DNA of 64,000 nt from Lepidodermella squamata (taxonomy: Eukaryota > Animalia > Gastrotricha), in the NCBI GenBank assembly GCA_047495785.1, contig JBLDXI010000019.1, positions 124,001 to 188,000 on the forward strand, in the 5' to 3' direction. Positions 1-11,554 of the stretch are shown in pieces. The translations under genes were made by a program, and so were the position numbers. Positions within the stretch are counted from its first letter, which is position 1, and each line of letters starts with the position of its first letter. Below the pieces are notes generated by a model. The model did no database searches and was not told where the DNA came from. It saw only the letters and a list, made by a program, of their open reading frames with translations.

Positions 1-2
1 TA

Positions 3-689
3 TATCGTTGTTCAAAATGGAAAAGGAAACTTTACGAGGATGCCCCAAATTTGCATAATGACTTCACTTCTTAACCTAAACTGTATTCTACTGTATTTAG
101 CTCAATTTGGGCGATTACGGGCTACCGCTTTCGACGAATAGTACGAAACACACTGAAGACGTGGTCAAAAGAGAACAAGTGTGAGGGTGACACCGTGATT
201 TGAAATTGCGGTTTCGATAGGTATTAAAAGAAATTATCAAAAATATCATGCCTACTTTGCGACGATACCCAATGCTCTGCACTCTGCAGGATGAATCTGT
301 GGACCAAAATGTGTCAATTACTTAATTCAAACACGCTAATTTAAATTTCGATGAATTGGATTCACCTGGCGCTTCTCTCACCAACGCGGAAACTAATACG
401 TGAAATTCTTAGAAAACCAGTCAGAATGATAAATGACCTTATTTAGCTGCCATATTAGATTGAGAGTTCGACAAGGACAATTAGATCTTATTACTTATCA
501 CAATTTCATTTGTTTTTTGCAAAGCTCCGTCTTGTTATACTCTAATTAATAAATCTATAAAGCCAGTAACTAAAAGGATTCAAATTCAGCGAGAATGCAG
601 TTTAGGTTAAGAAGTGAAACTTTCATGCAAATGTACGGCACCATCGAGAGATTGAGAACTTTTTCCATTTTCAACTTTGAACAACGATA
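3..689. mobile_element. Degenerate non-autonomous TIR element (MITE-like)
   Basis: Bases ~3-88 (tatcgttgttcaaa...cttcacttcttaacctaaactg) are an imperfect reverse complement of ~592-689; related sequence recurs near 54300-54350 and 59680-59735. Confidence 0.6.
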
Positions 690-968
690 GCTCGGTAATC
701 GGTCACGGTGAGAAATCAGCTCTTGCAGTTTTGTGATCTTACGCTCATAAGGATTCGGACTGTTTATGCCCGAAATGGGAGCCCGGGAGAACCTTGTTGT
801 TTTAGAATAAAAAGTGGATGTAAAAAGTCAACAATTTTTACGAATATTTAGCTAAAACCATACCCTACCGTCGTTTCCTACTGGTATAGCATTTTGTCAT
901 CAAGTATGAAGATGCAACAGAACAAATACGTAGATGTTATCACGTCGCCTAGATGACAGAATCTTCAA

Positions 969-1014
969 ACCTCTGGGTTATGGGCCCAGCGTGCTTCCAC
1001 TGCGCCTCTCTGCT
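969..1014 (-). pseudogene. 5' fragment of initiator tRNA-Met(CAT)
   Basis: Minus strand AGCAGAGAGGCGCAGTGGAAGCACGCTGGGCCCATAACCCAGAGGT matches the first 46 nt of the intact copies (2 substitutions); T-arm and 3' acceptor strand are absent. Confidence 0.85.
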
Positions 1015-1151
1015 TGTTAGTTCGTAAACACGGTAAATTAAATCAGTTTCCTAATATTTCAACATAACAATTACTTTGGTTTGGATATCTTAGTCACGCA
1101 TGTGCGCGCAAAGTTCACGCTTTATTTTTAGATTTTCCCTAGATGTTCTTA

Positions 1152-2108
1152 AGGTGGATTCACTAATGTGCGAATTTTCGGATACGAATATTTCGCATAC
1201 GACCGTCGCACTGTCGGGTGCGAAAATCGCATCGTTGTTCATATTCTATCCGACGTTGTCGCGTGTCGTACCGTCGCATCACCGTTTCGTACGACAGTCG
1301 CGCCGAGTGTTCATAAACGCTAGTCAGAGAACAATGTGCGCGTGCGACAAGATTCGACTAGGGCGCGCGCACTGAAACAATGGATTTTGTCGCATGGACC
1401 TGGCCTGTCGCATCGCACGCGCGATTTTGGTGGAATTTCGCGTGTGCGACACGACAGCTTAGAATCGTCCGACAGCAGATAAAACAACGTCCTAGTTCGG
1501 TCCACTTCAAGCGCGCAATCGAAGTATAACAGTGGACAGTGGACTTGTGCGCGAAACCTGGAGGAATAGACAACGCACTATATAAGCACTCTATAAGGCG
1601 CGAAACACCACATCAAAATTTTTAACAAAACGGTGGCCGCGCGCACTAATGTCAAAAGGCTAATTTCGAAAACAATAGCGGCTTTTATACCAAATTAAAA
1701 CTGAAACAATTCTCTATCAAATGACCACGAATTTCATCCTTAATAAATTTAAATAAAAAAGTTGTTAGCGCCCTCAATAGTCCGCGAGGTGGTGCCGTGC
1801 TAGGTGAAAATAATTAAATTATCAAATTTCGATGAAAATACGCGGAAATAGGGTAACTAATGTCGAAAATAACGATTTTTCTGGTTAAAAACTTAGTTGG
1901 ACAAGTTTTTTGCAAATTTGGTTTCCTTTCATATAAAAATTAGCCGCGCGCGACACTGTCTCATCGCCCGCGCGTGTCATTGTTTTGTGCGCATACGACT
2001 GTGACTATCCCTCGGCTGTCGTCCGCGGATTTGATGCGACAGAGCTGCGACTGTCGCATGCGACGGTACGACACGTGTCGTACCTGTCGCACATTAGTGA
2101 ATCCACCT
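1152..2108. mobile_element. PIF/Harbinger-like MITE
   Basis: TIRs AGGTGGATTCACTAATGTGCGA / TCGCACATTAGTGAATCCACCT, flanked by TTA on both sides (1149-1151, 2109-2111); many internal TGTCGCA/TGCGAC motifs; no transposase. Confidence 0.85.
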
Positions 2109-2548
2109 TTAGATGTTTGTGATTCATGCGCATGAATCACATGTTTGATTGTGTCTGTTTTGCTAAAATTGCAGAAGTTGTTAAAATTTAGTAAGAAATC
2201 GTTGAAGGTAAGGTGATATATAAAAAAGTTAGTTGAGTATTAGGTTAGCTTGCGAAAACCACGAAAACATAGCCACATGTCTCGCAAAATTCAAAATCCC
2301 ACCTTTTTATTTATTATAAAACAGGTAAGTTTCAGAATACCTTTTATTTGGTACCGCTGGAAAGCCCGTCCTTTGAGGCACCCCGAGTTTTTAATGGCAA
2401 TTTGTTCAACCTCACTGATAGAATACACGTGTAGAAGTCGTTTTGTTCAAATTTAGCCGGTACAAAACTAACCCCGCTTACGAACATTCCCAACCGACAT
2501 TTACAGCGTTTTTATTGATTCAGCGGAACACTTGCGACCCATGGTTTC

Positions 2549-2964
2549 CATGAGACGTACTAGGACGCCGGGGCTCCTATCCCCCCATACAAAATTCTCT
2601 GCGTCACGTGCCGGAATAATGCAAATGATTCACGTGACCGCGGACTAAACATAATAATTAAGTGGCAAATTAAAAATTATTCATTTTAATTATTTTTGGT
2701 TATTTAATATTTTTTAAAGTGAAAATGAATTACAAGAAACGGCGCGCGAAACCCGGCGTTTTAGGTTTAGAGCTAAAGATCGAGGTCTTGTGGTCGCTGC
2801 AAAAAATTGATCTTTGCGTAAACGCGTGCTTTTTGTGAATGAGATTTTTTGCTGATCGCTGCTAATGAGGTTATTTTTTGCCATTGTGACCTTCGGACCT
2901 CATTAAAAAATAACACGAAAATCAGTCGTTTTATTCGAGCTCCGGCGTCCTAGTACGTCTCATG
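2549..2964. mobile_element. MITE with 8-bp TSD (hAT- or P-like)
   Basis: 28-bp TIR CATGAGACGTACTAGGACGCCGG(G/A)GCTC; perfect TSD ATGGTTTC at 2541-2548 and 2965-2972. Confidence 0.9.
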
Positions 2965-3279
2965 ATGGTTTCCGCTTTTTCCTCTTGAGTAGGTACCTTA
3001 AATTATGACAATTATCCTCGCTGTCTGCAATGGGCGCTCGCGTCGCAGATAAAAATCAGCACGAGCGGCTATCGCCATACGATAATTACACAGCGAGCTG
3101 AAGAAGAGAGAAAGCTCGCACTGTCGCTTAGTTGAAACTTCTAAACTTCAGACTGGTTAATTGTCATGCTGAATTATTTGGAAACTGACCTAATTTGTCG
3201 TGTTTACGAAAAGACAAGCAGAGTGGCGCAGTGGAAGCGCGCTGGGCCCATAACCCAGAGGTCTGTAGATCGAAACTAC

Positions 3280-4442
3280 CCGCTCCCCACCCGCTTTTGC
3301 TTGTGCTCCCCTTTTGTTCTTGGGACTAATACTGTATGGACTCGACACTGCTAGCATCTCTCCATTAAAATCCTGCTGGACGCAAAAAACCGTCCAACAA
3401 ATCTTGGTCGTAAAGTCGTTCAAAAATCGCGAGAAAAAAATCGTTTTAAACGAGCCTTTTTACGCATGCACCCATTAAATGGAGAGAAATCGGAGTCTCC
3501 TCCCGTTGGTACCGTATCACACCTTACCTTTACATTGGATTGCGTTGAAATTTACATTACTGAATTCTACATGAGAGGACCTTTGCAACGGTATGAACCA
3601 TGACCTGATGGGTGCTGAATCTACTTCGCTAAATTGATGTTTCTAACAGAATGCGTGAAACTTTCTAAAAATAGAACCGAATTATTTACGCTGATTTATT
3701 CATATAAAAAAATAAGAGAGAATATTCATGACTCATTCAATAATTTTTTGCTATTTTTTTATTCTCTCAAAAATGGCAATTTCTGTCTAAAATTCGAAAT
3801 AAAATTGTAGCACAGTCATAAAATTTTAAACTTGGCACTGTTGCAAAGATCGTGACCTGAGCTATCGATATTCGTAAAAACTAAGTCTTTATCTCTCGGC
3901 ATGGCATGTCCATACGGTGTTCTCTTCGAACCTTTCCTATTTTTGGCTTTGTAACGGGCGGATGCGTAAAAATGATGCTTTTAATGCGTAAAAAATCATT
4001 TTTTCATGCGATTTTCTCGCTTCGAAATTATTGATTTTTTTCCTGTTCAGCAGAAAAGTGGCTAGTGTCGAGTCCATACAGTATTGGTCCCAAGCTTTTG
4101 TTACATGTTGTTCCTGGCCCCTGACGCCCTGCCGTTCTGAGTTCCTGTTGGGCCAAGGGTGGCGGCGCGTGTAAACGGCGGCCCGTGTGCAGAAATTCCT
4201 GTCTTTCCAGTCTCCAGTATCCTGCCCAGCTGATCAACTCGCCGTCGCCGCTAGACTGTAACTTTTGTCTATGTGTCACTGTCTCGCTGTGTTCCACTAT
4301 GACTATCATCTGGCTGTCTTTTTCCCTACTCTTTCTTTTACCATTATATAGATAAAATTGTACGTGTGCTGTAATGTCCCGCCGGTTTAACCTACGGGTT
4401 GCGGCGCTGTGAATTTTTGCTTTTCGATCAATAAATCATTCC
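3280..4442 (+). mobile_element. Insertion in tRNA-iMet; probable 5'-truncated non-LTR retrotransposon 3' end (~380 bp after removing a nested MITE)
   Basis: Flanked by ACTAC duplication, no TIR or LTR termini, pyrimidine-rich, 3' hairpin at 4380-4406 and AATAAA at 4430-4435 just before the junction. Confidence 0.6.
3319..4094. mobile_element. MITE with 8-bp TSD nested in the tRNA insertion
   Basis: TIR CTTGGGAC(T/C)AATACTGTATGGACTCGACACT; TSD CTTTTGTT at 3311-3318 and 4095-4102. Confidence 0.9.
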
Positions 4443-4694
4443 ACTACGCTCTGCTAATGTCACTTTTTTGCAGTATCTATTTTGCCCTTGGTTTGACGAT
4501 TCTCTTACATCAGGAAGAGCCTATCGCCTTCTTCTTGACAGGAAAAACTGAAAGATCCTTATTTTGTAATATAATAGTACATAACTCAATTTTCAGCACA
4601 AAATAATTTATTGCAAAATACAACATGAAAAGACTGATAAGACTGCAGTTAGAGAGCTTCGATATCATCATGTATCATTCTGACCACTCGGCTG

Positions 4695-5699
4695 TTAGCG
4701 CAAATTACCGTAAACAATTAAACAAGGTATCACAAGCATCCAAAGGATGCTGCAAACAAATACTACAACTGAGCTCAGTATGAGTGCCGCTCGATAAGTT
4801 TCGAAGGATCCTCTCTTCTTCACGATGGTCATAAGCAATGGAACCCAGAGGCAAAATAGAATTGGGCACAAAACGAGAGCAGTTATCGTCAAAATTAGAG
4901 CGGCTTTATGACATCGCGGCGCGGTAGGATCGATCTGAAGTTCCAAATCAGGCATTCCAAATTGTTCACTCAATTTCTTTGCCGATTGAATCCGTTGCTT
5001 CTTTCGATGTCTTTTACTCGACTTGGCCGGTTTGCTAATTTGAATCGGCAGGATTGGTGTCGAAGCATAAGCAGGGGACATTGGTGATGTTGGTGACAAT
5101 GGTGTGATCGGTTGTAGACGTGGTGATATTACGGGGACTTGGAAGACTCTGTTATCCGAAGCTTCAAGAGCTGGCAGAGGTGTTGGCCGATTCCTTATCG
5201 GCGCTGTCCGCAACGGGGGCGGGATAATAGTTGACTCGAAAACGTTGTCGGAAACAATTGAACGAGCGGTTCTGACCGCGGCAGTTTCAGACTCGAAGAC
5301 TCTGTTGTCCGAAGCTTCAAGAGCTGGCAGAGGTGTTGGCCGATTCCTTATCGGCGCTGTCCGCAACGGGGGCGGGATAATAGTTGGCTCGAAAACGTTG
5401 TCGGAAACAACTGAAGGAGCGGTTCTGGCCGCGGCAGTTTCAGACTCATCGAAGACGCTGTTGTCGACAGATGGAGCAACGAAGTTTGGATAGGTTGAAT
5501 CAGAGCTGATTGAAGACCGGGCTATCAAGCCTCGAGGCAGGTAAAACCGGTTTGTTTGAAGCGACCATCTTTCTCCTGTGGTAGAGGGTATAATAGGCCG
5601 ACCAGCTGGCCCAGATGTTGTTGGAATGACGATATTCGGAACGATATTCGGCAAATCGGAAGCTGGTGTGTAAATATTATATTCCGCTCCGAAATGCAT
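4695..5699 (-). CDS. Proline-rich membrane protein with C-terminal dispanin/CD225-like double hydrophobic segment
   Basis: 334-aa ORF; long P/S/T-rich N-terminus; C-terminal ALILTITALVLCPILFCLWVPLL...YRAALILSSVVVF shared in pattern with other genes in the window. Confidence 0.75.
   Translation of the reverse strand: MHFGAEYNIYTPASDLPNIVPNIVIPTTSGPAGRPIIPSTTGERWSLQTNRFYLPRGLIARSSISSDSTYPNFVAPSVDNSVFDESETAAARTAPSVVSDNVFEPTIIPPPLRTAPIRNRPTPLPALEASDNRVFESETAAVRTARSIVSDNVFESTIIPPPLRTAPIRNRPTPLPALEASDNRVFQVPVISPRLQPITPLSPTSPMSPAYASTPILPIQISKPAKSSKRHRKKQRIQSAKKLSEQFGMPDLELQIDPTAPRCHKAALILTITALVLCPILFCLWVPLLMTIVKKRGSFETYRAALILSSVVVFVCSILWMLVIPCLIVYGNLR
5141..5440. repeat. 150-bp (50-aa) in-frame tandem duplication inside the 334-aa CDS
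   Basis: SDNVFE(P/S)TIIPPPLRTAPIRNRPTPLPALEASDNRVF occurs twice with near-identical DNA. Confidence 0.9.
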
Positions 5700-7126
5700 T
5701 ATTTTTCGACTACAGCAACTAGTGCCAAGCTATGTGTATTGTAGTAGTTGAATGCAAGTCTCGGTGGGCACATCGTCATACGACTAGTGCGCGTTGAATG
5801 AAAAAAGGCTAAACATGTAATACCTGAAAAGAACAGGTGAAAACATCACGTTTATATGTCGTGAGTATAGCAAGCCAGTACGGCAGTATCACTTGCTTTC
5901 CCTGGCACGCTAACCGCCTCCGTTTGTGTTGAAGACCGGCATATGTGAGAAAGGTATCATCCTACCGTCATATTACCCTATTTTAATAATCTGCCCACTA
6001 GCTTCCTCGAAAACAATTGAACAGCATGAACTTTAGACTTGCAGCAGTGGGTAATGATTAATGATGAGTAATATAGTTTATACTCTGTGGCAGTCATATT
6101 TAAATTAAATATTCCGATTACCTACCTGACTTCTACCTAGAAATCGTTTGAGTTGAAATTTCTCAAATGGAAATTTCTTTTTAAGAAAAAACTGGAGAAG
6201 TGATCGCGTGAAAAAATAAAACATTATATCAGTTTAGCGATAAAATTGGGTATCAGAGTTTGTTGATAATTACCATTAAATATTTGAATTGAACATAAAT
6301 AATTGATACCATTCAAATTCATCAGGAATATATTAATTATAGGCATGTTTGAACGCGAACTCCCTGTAGGTATTAACTATTGTATAGTTCTATTGCGGTA
6401 GAATTCTGACGCATATTTAATTTATTTGAAAAAAAATGTTGCGGTTTAAGGGCGGGATAAATTCGCCGGTGGACTAATGAACTCAGTCTCCAGCTACATT
6501 TCCTTGTTTTCCTTGTATTTTCTTGGGACTCAAAATTTCCATCGGGACTAAGACAACATGGCGTCTCAGCACCTAACCCTTGCCGACCCTAAAATCGAAA
6601 AAAATTTTGAAGATTTTTTCCCTGGAATTGTGGCCAAAATCAAATCTCGCCATCTTCAAGTTTTATGGAACTCAACAGGGCGACCCCGCGACTCTCAGCT
6701 GACCTATAGAATAGAACCCGTGGCCCCAATTTTGAGAAGCGTGGGACCAAGATAATCCCACGGCAATTTTTCATACTGTAATCGCAGGAGATCGATTTCG
6801 CAATTTCAACTTGGACCGCAATTGCCAAAAGATTCCTCTCAGAGAGAAAAATTGGCTGGTTAACTTTTAAAATTCACGAGACCGAGAATGAGTTCGTAGC
6901 TTTAACCCTTTCACGGCGGGAAGGACGATTTCGGAATTTCGACTTTGAAAATTCACAGAAAATTGAATTCGATGAATTTTTGATCGCCCTTTTCAGGATT
7001 ATTGCTTTTCGATGTTGGCTACAAGGTTTCGAGACCAGGGCGCCGTTATCTTGCATGGTCAGGACATACAAGCAGTTTGAAAATAGTCAACCTGAGATTG
7101 GAATTTCGATTTTTTTCAACTTGAAA

Positions 7127-7290
7127 TCGTTAGCGCCGTTGAATAACTCGGATTTAGGCTTGTTTACATTCATTTCAAGGTGATAGGTGACAAGTAAAAA
7201 GTCTTTTGTTTTTACCTCTCCATTCACTTTGAAGAAGCCGTTTTTACTTGTCACCTATCACCTTGAAATGAATGTAAACAAGCCTAAATC
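7127..7290. mobile_element. ~185-bp palindromic MITE family, copy 1 (right end truncated)
   Basis: gatttaggcttgtttacattcatttcaaggtgataggtgacaagtaaaaa ... tttttacttgtcacctatcaccttgaaatgaatgtaaacaagcctaaatc fold-back; same family at 17840, 37191, 38157. Confidence 0.85.
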
Positions 7291-7644
7291 GATGATTTTG
7301 CGCTATAAGGAGCCAATGAAAAAATTCCTATCCAGAGTACTACGCACTATAAATAGTACTACGCACACATGTAGTAAGATATAGCCCATTGTATTCTGTG
7401 TGAAAAAATATATGTACTGGACAAATAATGACCAACAAATATCTTCGATACTGCGGTCATTCTGAGGTATCTGCGCTGGGAATTCCGAGATAATCATGGA
7501 GGAAACGTTTCAGAAACTCATGGACTGAATCGTTCTTGGACAGCTCGAGTAAAACACAGTTTAAACTCTCAACAATAAGCTTGTTTTAATAATTCTGAAA
7601 CGCTTTCAATTAGTCATATCCATCCAAGTTTCGAGGGCGTAATG

Positions 7645-9542
7645 TCACGGCGGAGGTTTAGCGTCAATGCTGCAAGCAGTAGGTTTGTTTGCGTCTTCTT
7701 CGTAAGCCATTATGACTGAGCGATAAGCTTCTGGAATGGTGCCTCTGTTGACCATTTCGATGAGATCCTTCTTAAGACTGGATTCGATCGGCAATCGCTT
7801 TTCGTATTTTTGAACAAGTTGGAAAGGAAACAAAATGACGTCTTTGTTGTAGCGCTTGGCGACGAAAGTATGAAAAGCCAAGTCGAAAGTTTTCTTGGTT
7901 TGGAGATAATTAGGGTAGTCTTTCTCGTATCTGAACCAACATGGCTCCGACCATTTAACATCATTTTTCTGTTCGTCTTGCAAATACTGAGCGAACTTTG
8001 GTGACTTGTCAAAGCTGAAGAAGCTTGAAAATTGCATTTCAGTTATGCTGTATGGTTTCACTTTCAAGCGGTTTGGTGTTTCCTCGCCGTACACTTCGAG
8101 TCTCAGATCAGCATCAATCGGAGCCTTCCGCGACGCGGCCACGATTTCTCTCCATTCCTTTGAATAGCTGATGTTGACTCGTTTCTTAGCTTCCCTTTCA
8201 ATAGTGGCATGCACGGAATCACATTCCATTTGCGAGTGGCCCGGCTCGAAGAACTTGTGATCGATGACTTTGAGATTACCTTTGGAATTGGACAAGGCTG
8301 CGAATAAAGCGTTGACAATGTACTGAGATTTGTTCTGGCTTCCAGTGCTGTCGCTCCATAGAATCAACTGCTCAACTTCGTCAGGAATCATTTCAGTGAT
8401 GAATTTATAGAGACATGAACCAACTTCATCCGTCCCACGACCCCCTTCTGTTTGATCCCACATGAAACAGTAGACATCTTTTGATGAAGTATCGTAGAAA
8501 GTCAGGTTTGAGGTGTGGAACTTTTTTTGTACATTATCGAGCAGCAAGGGCTTTCGAGGATTGACTGCATATCAAACTGGATGCACAAGATCAATCCTTT
8601 CGACTGTTTTGCTAAAATTTTGTCAGCATTCTTGGCATCTCTTGCAGCGTCTCTGTTGGATTCGTGGTTCCGTTTCTCCACGATCACTTCATGGGTGAAC
8701 AGTTCATCCGGCAAAGTCGCAAATCGTGTGCATTTCTTGCAGGTGTCCTTCTTAGGATGACTGAAAGCGAGATTGGGAAAAGATCTCTTGAATATGGATC
8801 GGTAAGTAGCGTATTTGACGGGTTTCTCATCAGTACGCAGAGCCCAGTTTTGGTGTGCTATGCAGTACATTCGATGCATTTCCTTCAGATTGAGCGCGGA
8901 CCCGAGATATTGCTTGCTAGTTTGACTTCTCGCATAATGACTGTCTAATCGCTCGAAAGAAGTGATGTGCTGATAAACAAATTTGTAAGCATTATCGCTG
9001 GTGGTATTTGGCGGCTTATGGCGACCACGTTGATCTGGTATGATGTAGAAGCCGTCTTCGACTTTTTTCTCAACAGTTGTGTTTATGAAAGCGCGAGTTT
9101 CATCGAGCGCCTTCAGAAAGAAAGACCTGCATACTTCGATTGAGTCCCTAGATTGTGAAGGCGAAGGGGTTGCCAAGTAGTTGCCTGGTAAGTAATAATC
9201 AAATCTTCAAGGACCATTCTCTCGTTTCTGTTTATAACTGACGTAACGGTTGATGATTGCTCGTCTAGTGTCGATAGAAGATGCTCGGGACCAGTACGTG
9301 TTAAAGCATTGTTTGACTGAATTTTCATTGAATTTCAAGGAGCATTTACGCCAGCAACCACACTTGAAGTAAACAGGCTTACGACCGGAATTAAACTTAG
9401 CGATAACCCCTTTATCTGACTGACGGTAGGGTTTCCCAGAGTTGCGCTTGCGTTTTCTTTCCATCGCTTGTTTGGATGGGCGGTGTCTAGAATCCACTAT
9501 CCTCGGAGGAAACTGTTTCAGCCAATGGTCGTTATCAGTCAT
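7645..9542 (-). pseudogene. Decayed Sola-like DDD transposase
   Basis: Three collinear ORF pieces with motifs SHYARSQTSKQYL, FSHPKKDTCKKC, QFDMQ, CFMWDQTEGGRGTDEVGSCL, LWSDSTGSQNK, FEPGHSQMECDSVHATIER; in-frame TGA at 9207-9209 and a frameshift near the A-run at ~8522-8528. Element ends not identified. Confidence 0.8.
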
Positions 9543-11554
9543 CAGCTCAAATCGTTGTTAAAAATGAAACATTGAATGCTTTAGTCCTAAATGACAAGCG
9601 TCATAAATTAAAATGTCAAGGTTAGAAAACAGGGAGTTGTCGAAAGCCGAATTGCCAATCTGAGAAGTTCTGTTCTTGACCTAAGGCTGTAAGACCTCAG
9701 ATTTACAGCTACCGATGAAGGATTGCCCAACTGAGTAAAGATGGAAGTTAAAGTGGCCAGTAATCGGGAGTTTCAAATATCATAACAAAGCGATAGGTTC
9801 ACTTTGTATATTGCTGTGAAAGGTATTTATCAGCCAAAACATAAACCAGAAATTCCAATAAATCGCGTTAGTTTTAACTGCAGCAGAAACTTGGGATGGG
9901 GTTATCCCAGTCGTATAAAAGCTGACCCTAGCACGTGAGTAGCATGTGATCGAACGGCCTAGGCATCTCAAAATCACCGTGTTCAATCCCAATAACCGCA
10001 ACATCAATCATCCATGCATTGAATGCGGCGTTTATCAAGTATCAAGCTGACAGGAAGGGTTGACAGGAAGCGTGAAACCGCCAAGCAAATCCTCCCTTCT
10101 GGAATGGGCCGCCATTCACCGGTAATATATGGTAAAGATGTGGCTACTCAGCGGCCAAAGCAATCATGGGAATAGTCGGCTCCTAAGCATTGTGAAGATG
10201 GCATGATACCAAATGCTAAATTTTAAAAGGCAATAAAGAGTACTTCTGGTTAGATCTAATTAAGAGACTGTTTCGATTGTTCGTAAGGCTTCGACCTTCG
10301 ACCGTTAGTAGATTGTAGGATTCACGCACGATCGATAAGTCTATAGTTTCCGTCTAAGTAGCTGTCAAGTTCTAGGTGGAGTTTGAGCCCCAAACCGACA
10401 AACTTGGCTTTCTATCTTTGATCAGAAGTTGTGTTGTGTTTTGGAGGTGGTTGTTTGAGGAAAAGGGCGATAGTTTCAAATTATCCAGGGGCCCAAACCA
10501 CATTATCAGCTTGATAAACGCCACAACAACGAAATAATGGAATATTTTCCTAACAGAGTAGCCAGCAGCCACTTTCGGAATCTCAGCCGAAACAACCTTT
10601 CTACCCTATTTTTGCTGAAACCTCAAAACAGGAGTTTAACTTTGTGGTAAGCTCAGATTTCACTAAACTCCTAAAGAATCTGATAAGAAGCCTCTATCAA
10701 TCTATCGGAGATTCTAATCATTCTAAAAGAAAATTTTGCTGCGATTTAAAATGGAAACTATGGAAAACATTCCTACTCCGTCCCATGAACAGACCAGGTC
10801 AGAATTACTAAAATCGTGGGTAATTTAAAGCACATGCTTTCAATGTCCTACTTTCAGCAAAAATGATGCGGGAGATCTAAGAAAGAATGATGATAAAAAT
10901 GAAAAAACAAGAGAACAAAATGCGCAAATATACCATGTTACTGCGGAAGAATCGATCGCTCTCGTCTGAGTGCATTCTCTTGTGCATGCACCAAAATGCT
11001 ATTAGCCCTGCGTATAACCATATATACTCGCATATACTCCGCACAGTTTTTATGGGCGTATATCAGAATGCAGCCTATCGGTCTGTTTTAGCGCAAAACC
11101 ATCGAAATCCGAGTTATTCAACGACGCTGACGAAATCTCGTTTCTGATCATTTTTTGATCCAACAAAAAATACCACCGTGTCCGCCGTAGTCTCATTGCC
11201 CTCTGTGTAAATTTTTTCGTGTTGGAAATAAAAAATGACGACACTATTGAACTTCAATCAAACCGGCCGAATTAGTCCTTTCCGCCCAGACTTATACAGG
11301 CGGAGTGCTTGATTTTTGTGCTGCAAAAACTGTCGCGAGCAAACCTAGAAAAGCTGAATTCAGATCTGAATGCTGAGCCTCTGAAACTTTTTTAAACTGA
11401 ATGTTTTCGGCGATTTAAGTGAGGGAGAATCTTAGGGACATTCATGGGAGTAATTTATAATCTAAAATTCCAAAGCTGGAGGCACCTGACACAGAAATTA
11501 AGGTGTTCGAAAAATCTGCTGAAATCAGCTGGACGGATAGGACGATTTCGGCCA

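Larger units (their letters stand above)
3217..4456 (+). pseudogene. Initiator tRNA-Met gene split by a 1.16-kb insertion
   Basis: 3217-3279 is identical to nt 1-63 of the intact tRNA-iMet; the missing GCTCTGCTA is at 4448-4456 followed by a T6 terminator; ACTAC is duplicated at 3275-3279 and 4443-4447. Confidence 0.9.

Noticed and set aside
5104-5493. 129-aa repeat ORF on the plus strand
   Set aside because: Antisense shadow of the repeat in the 334-aa gene.
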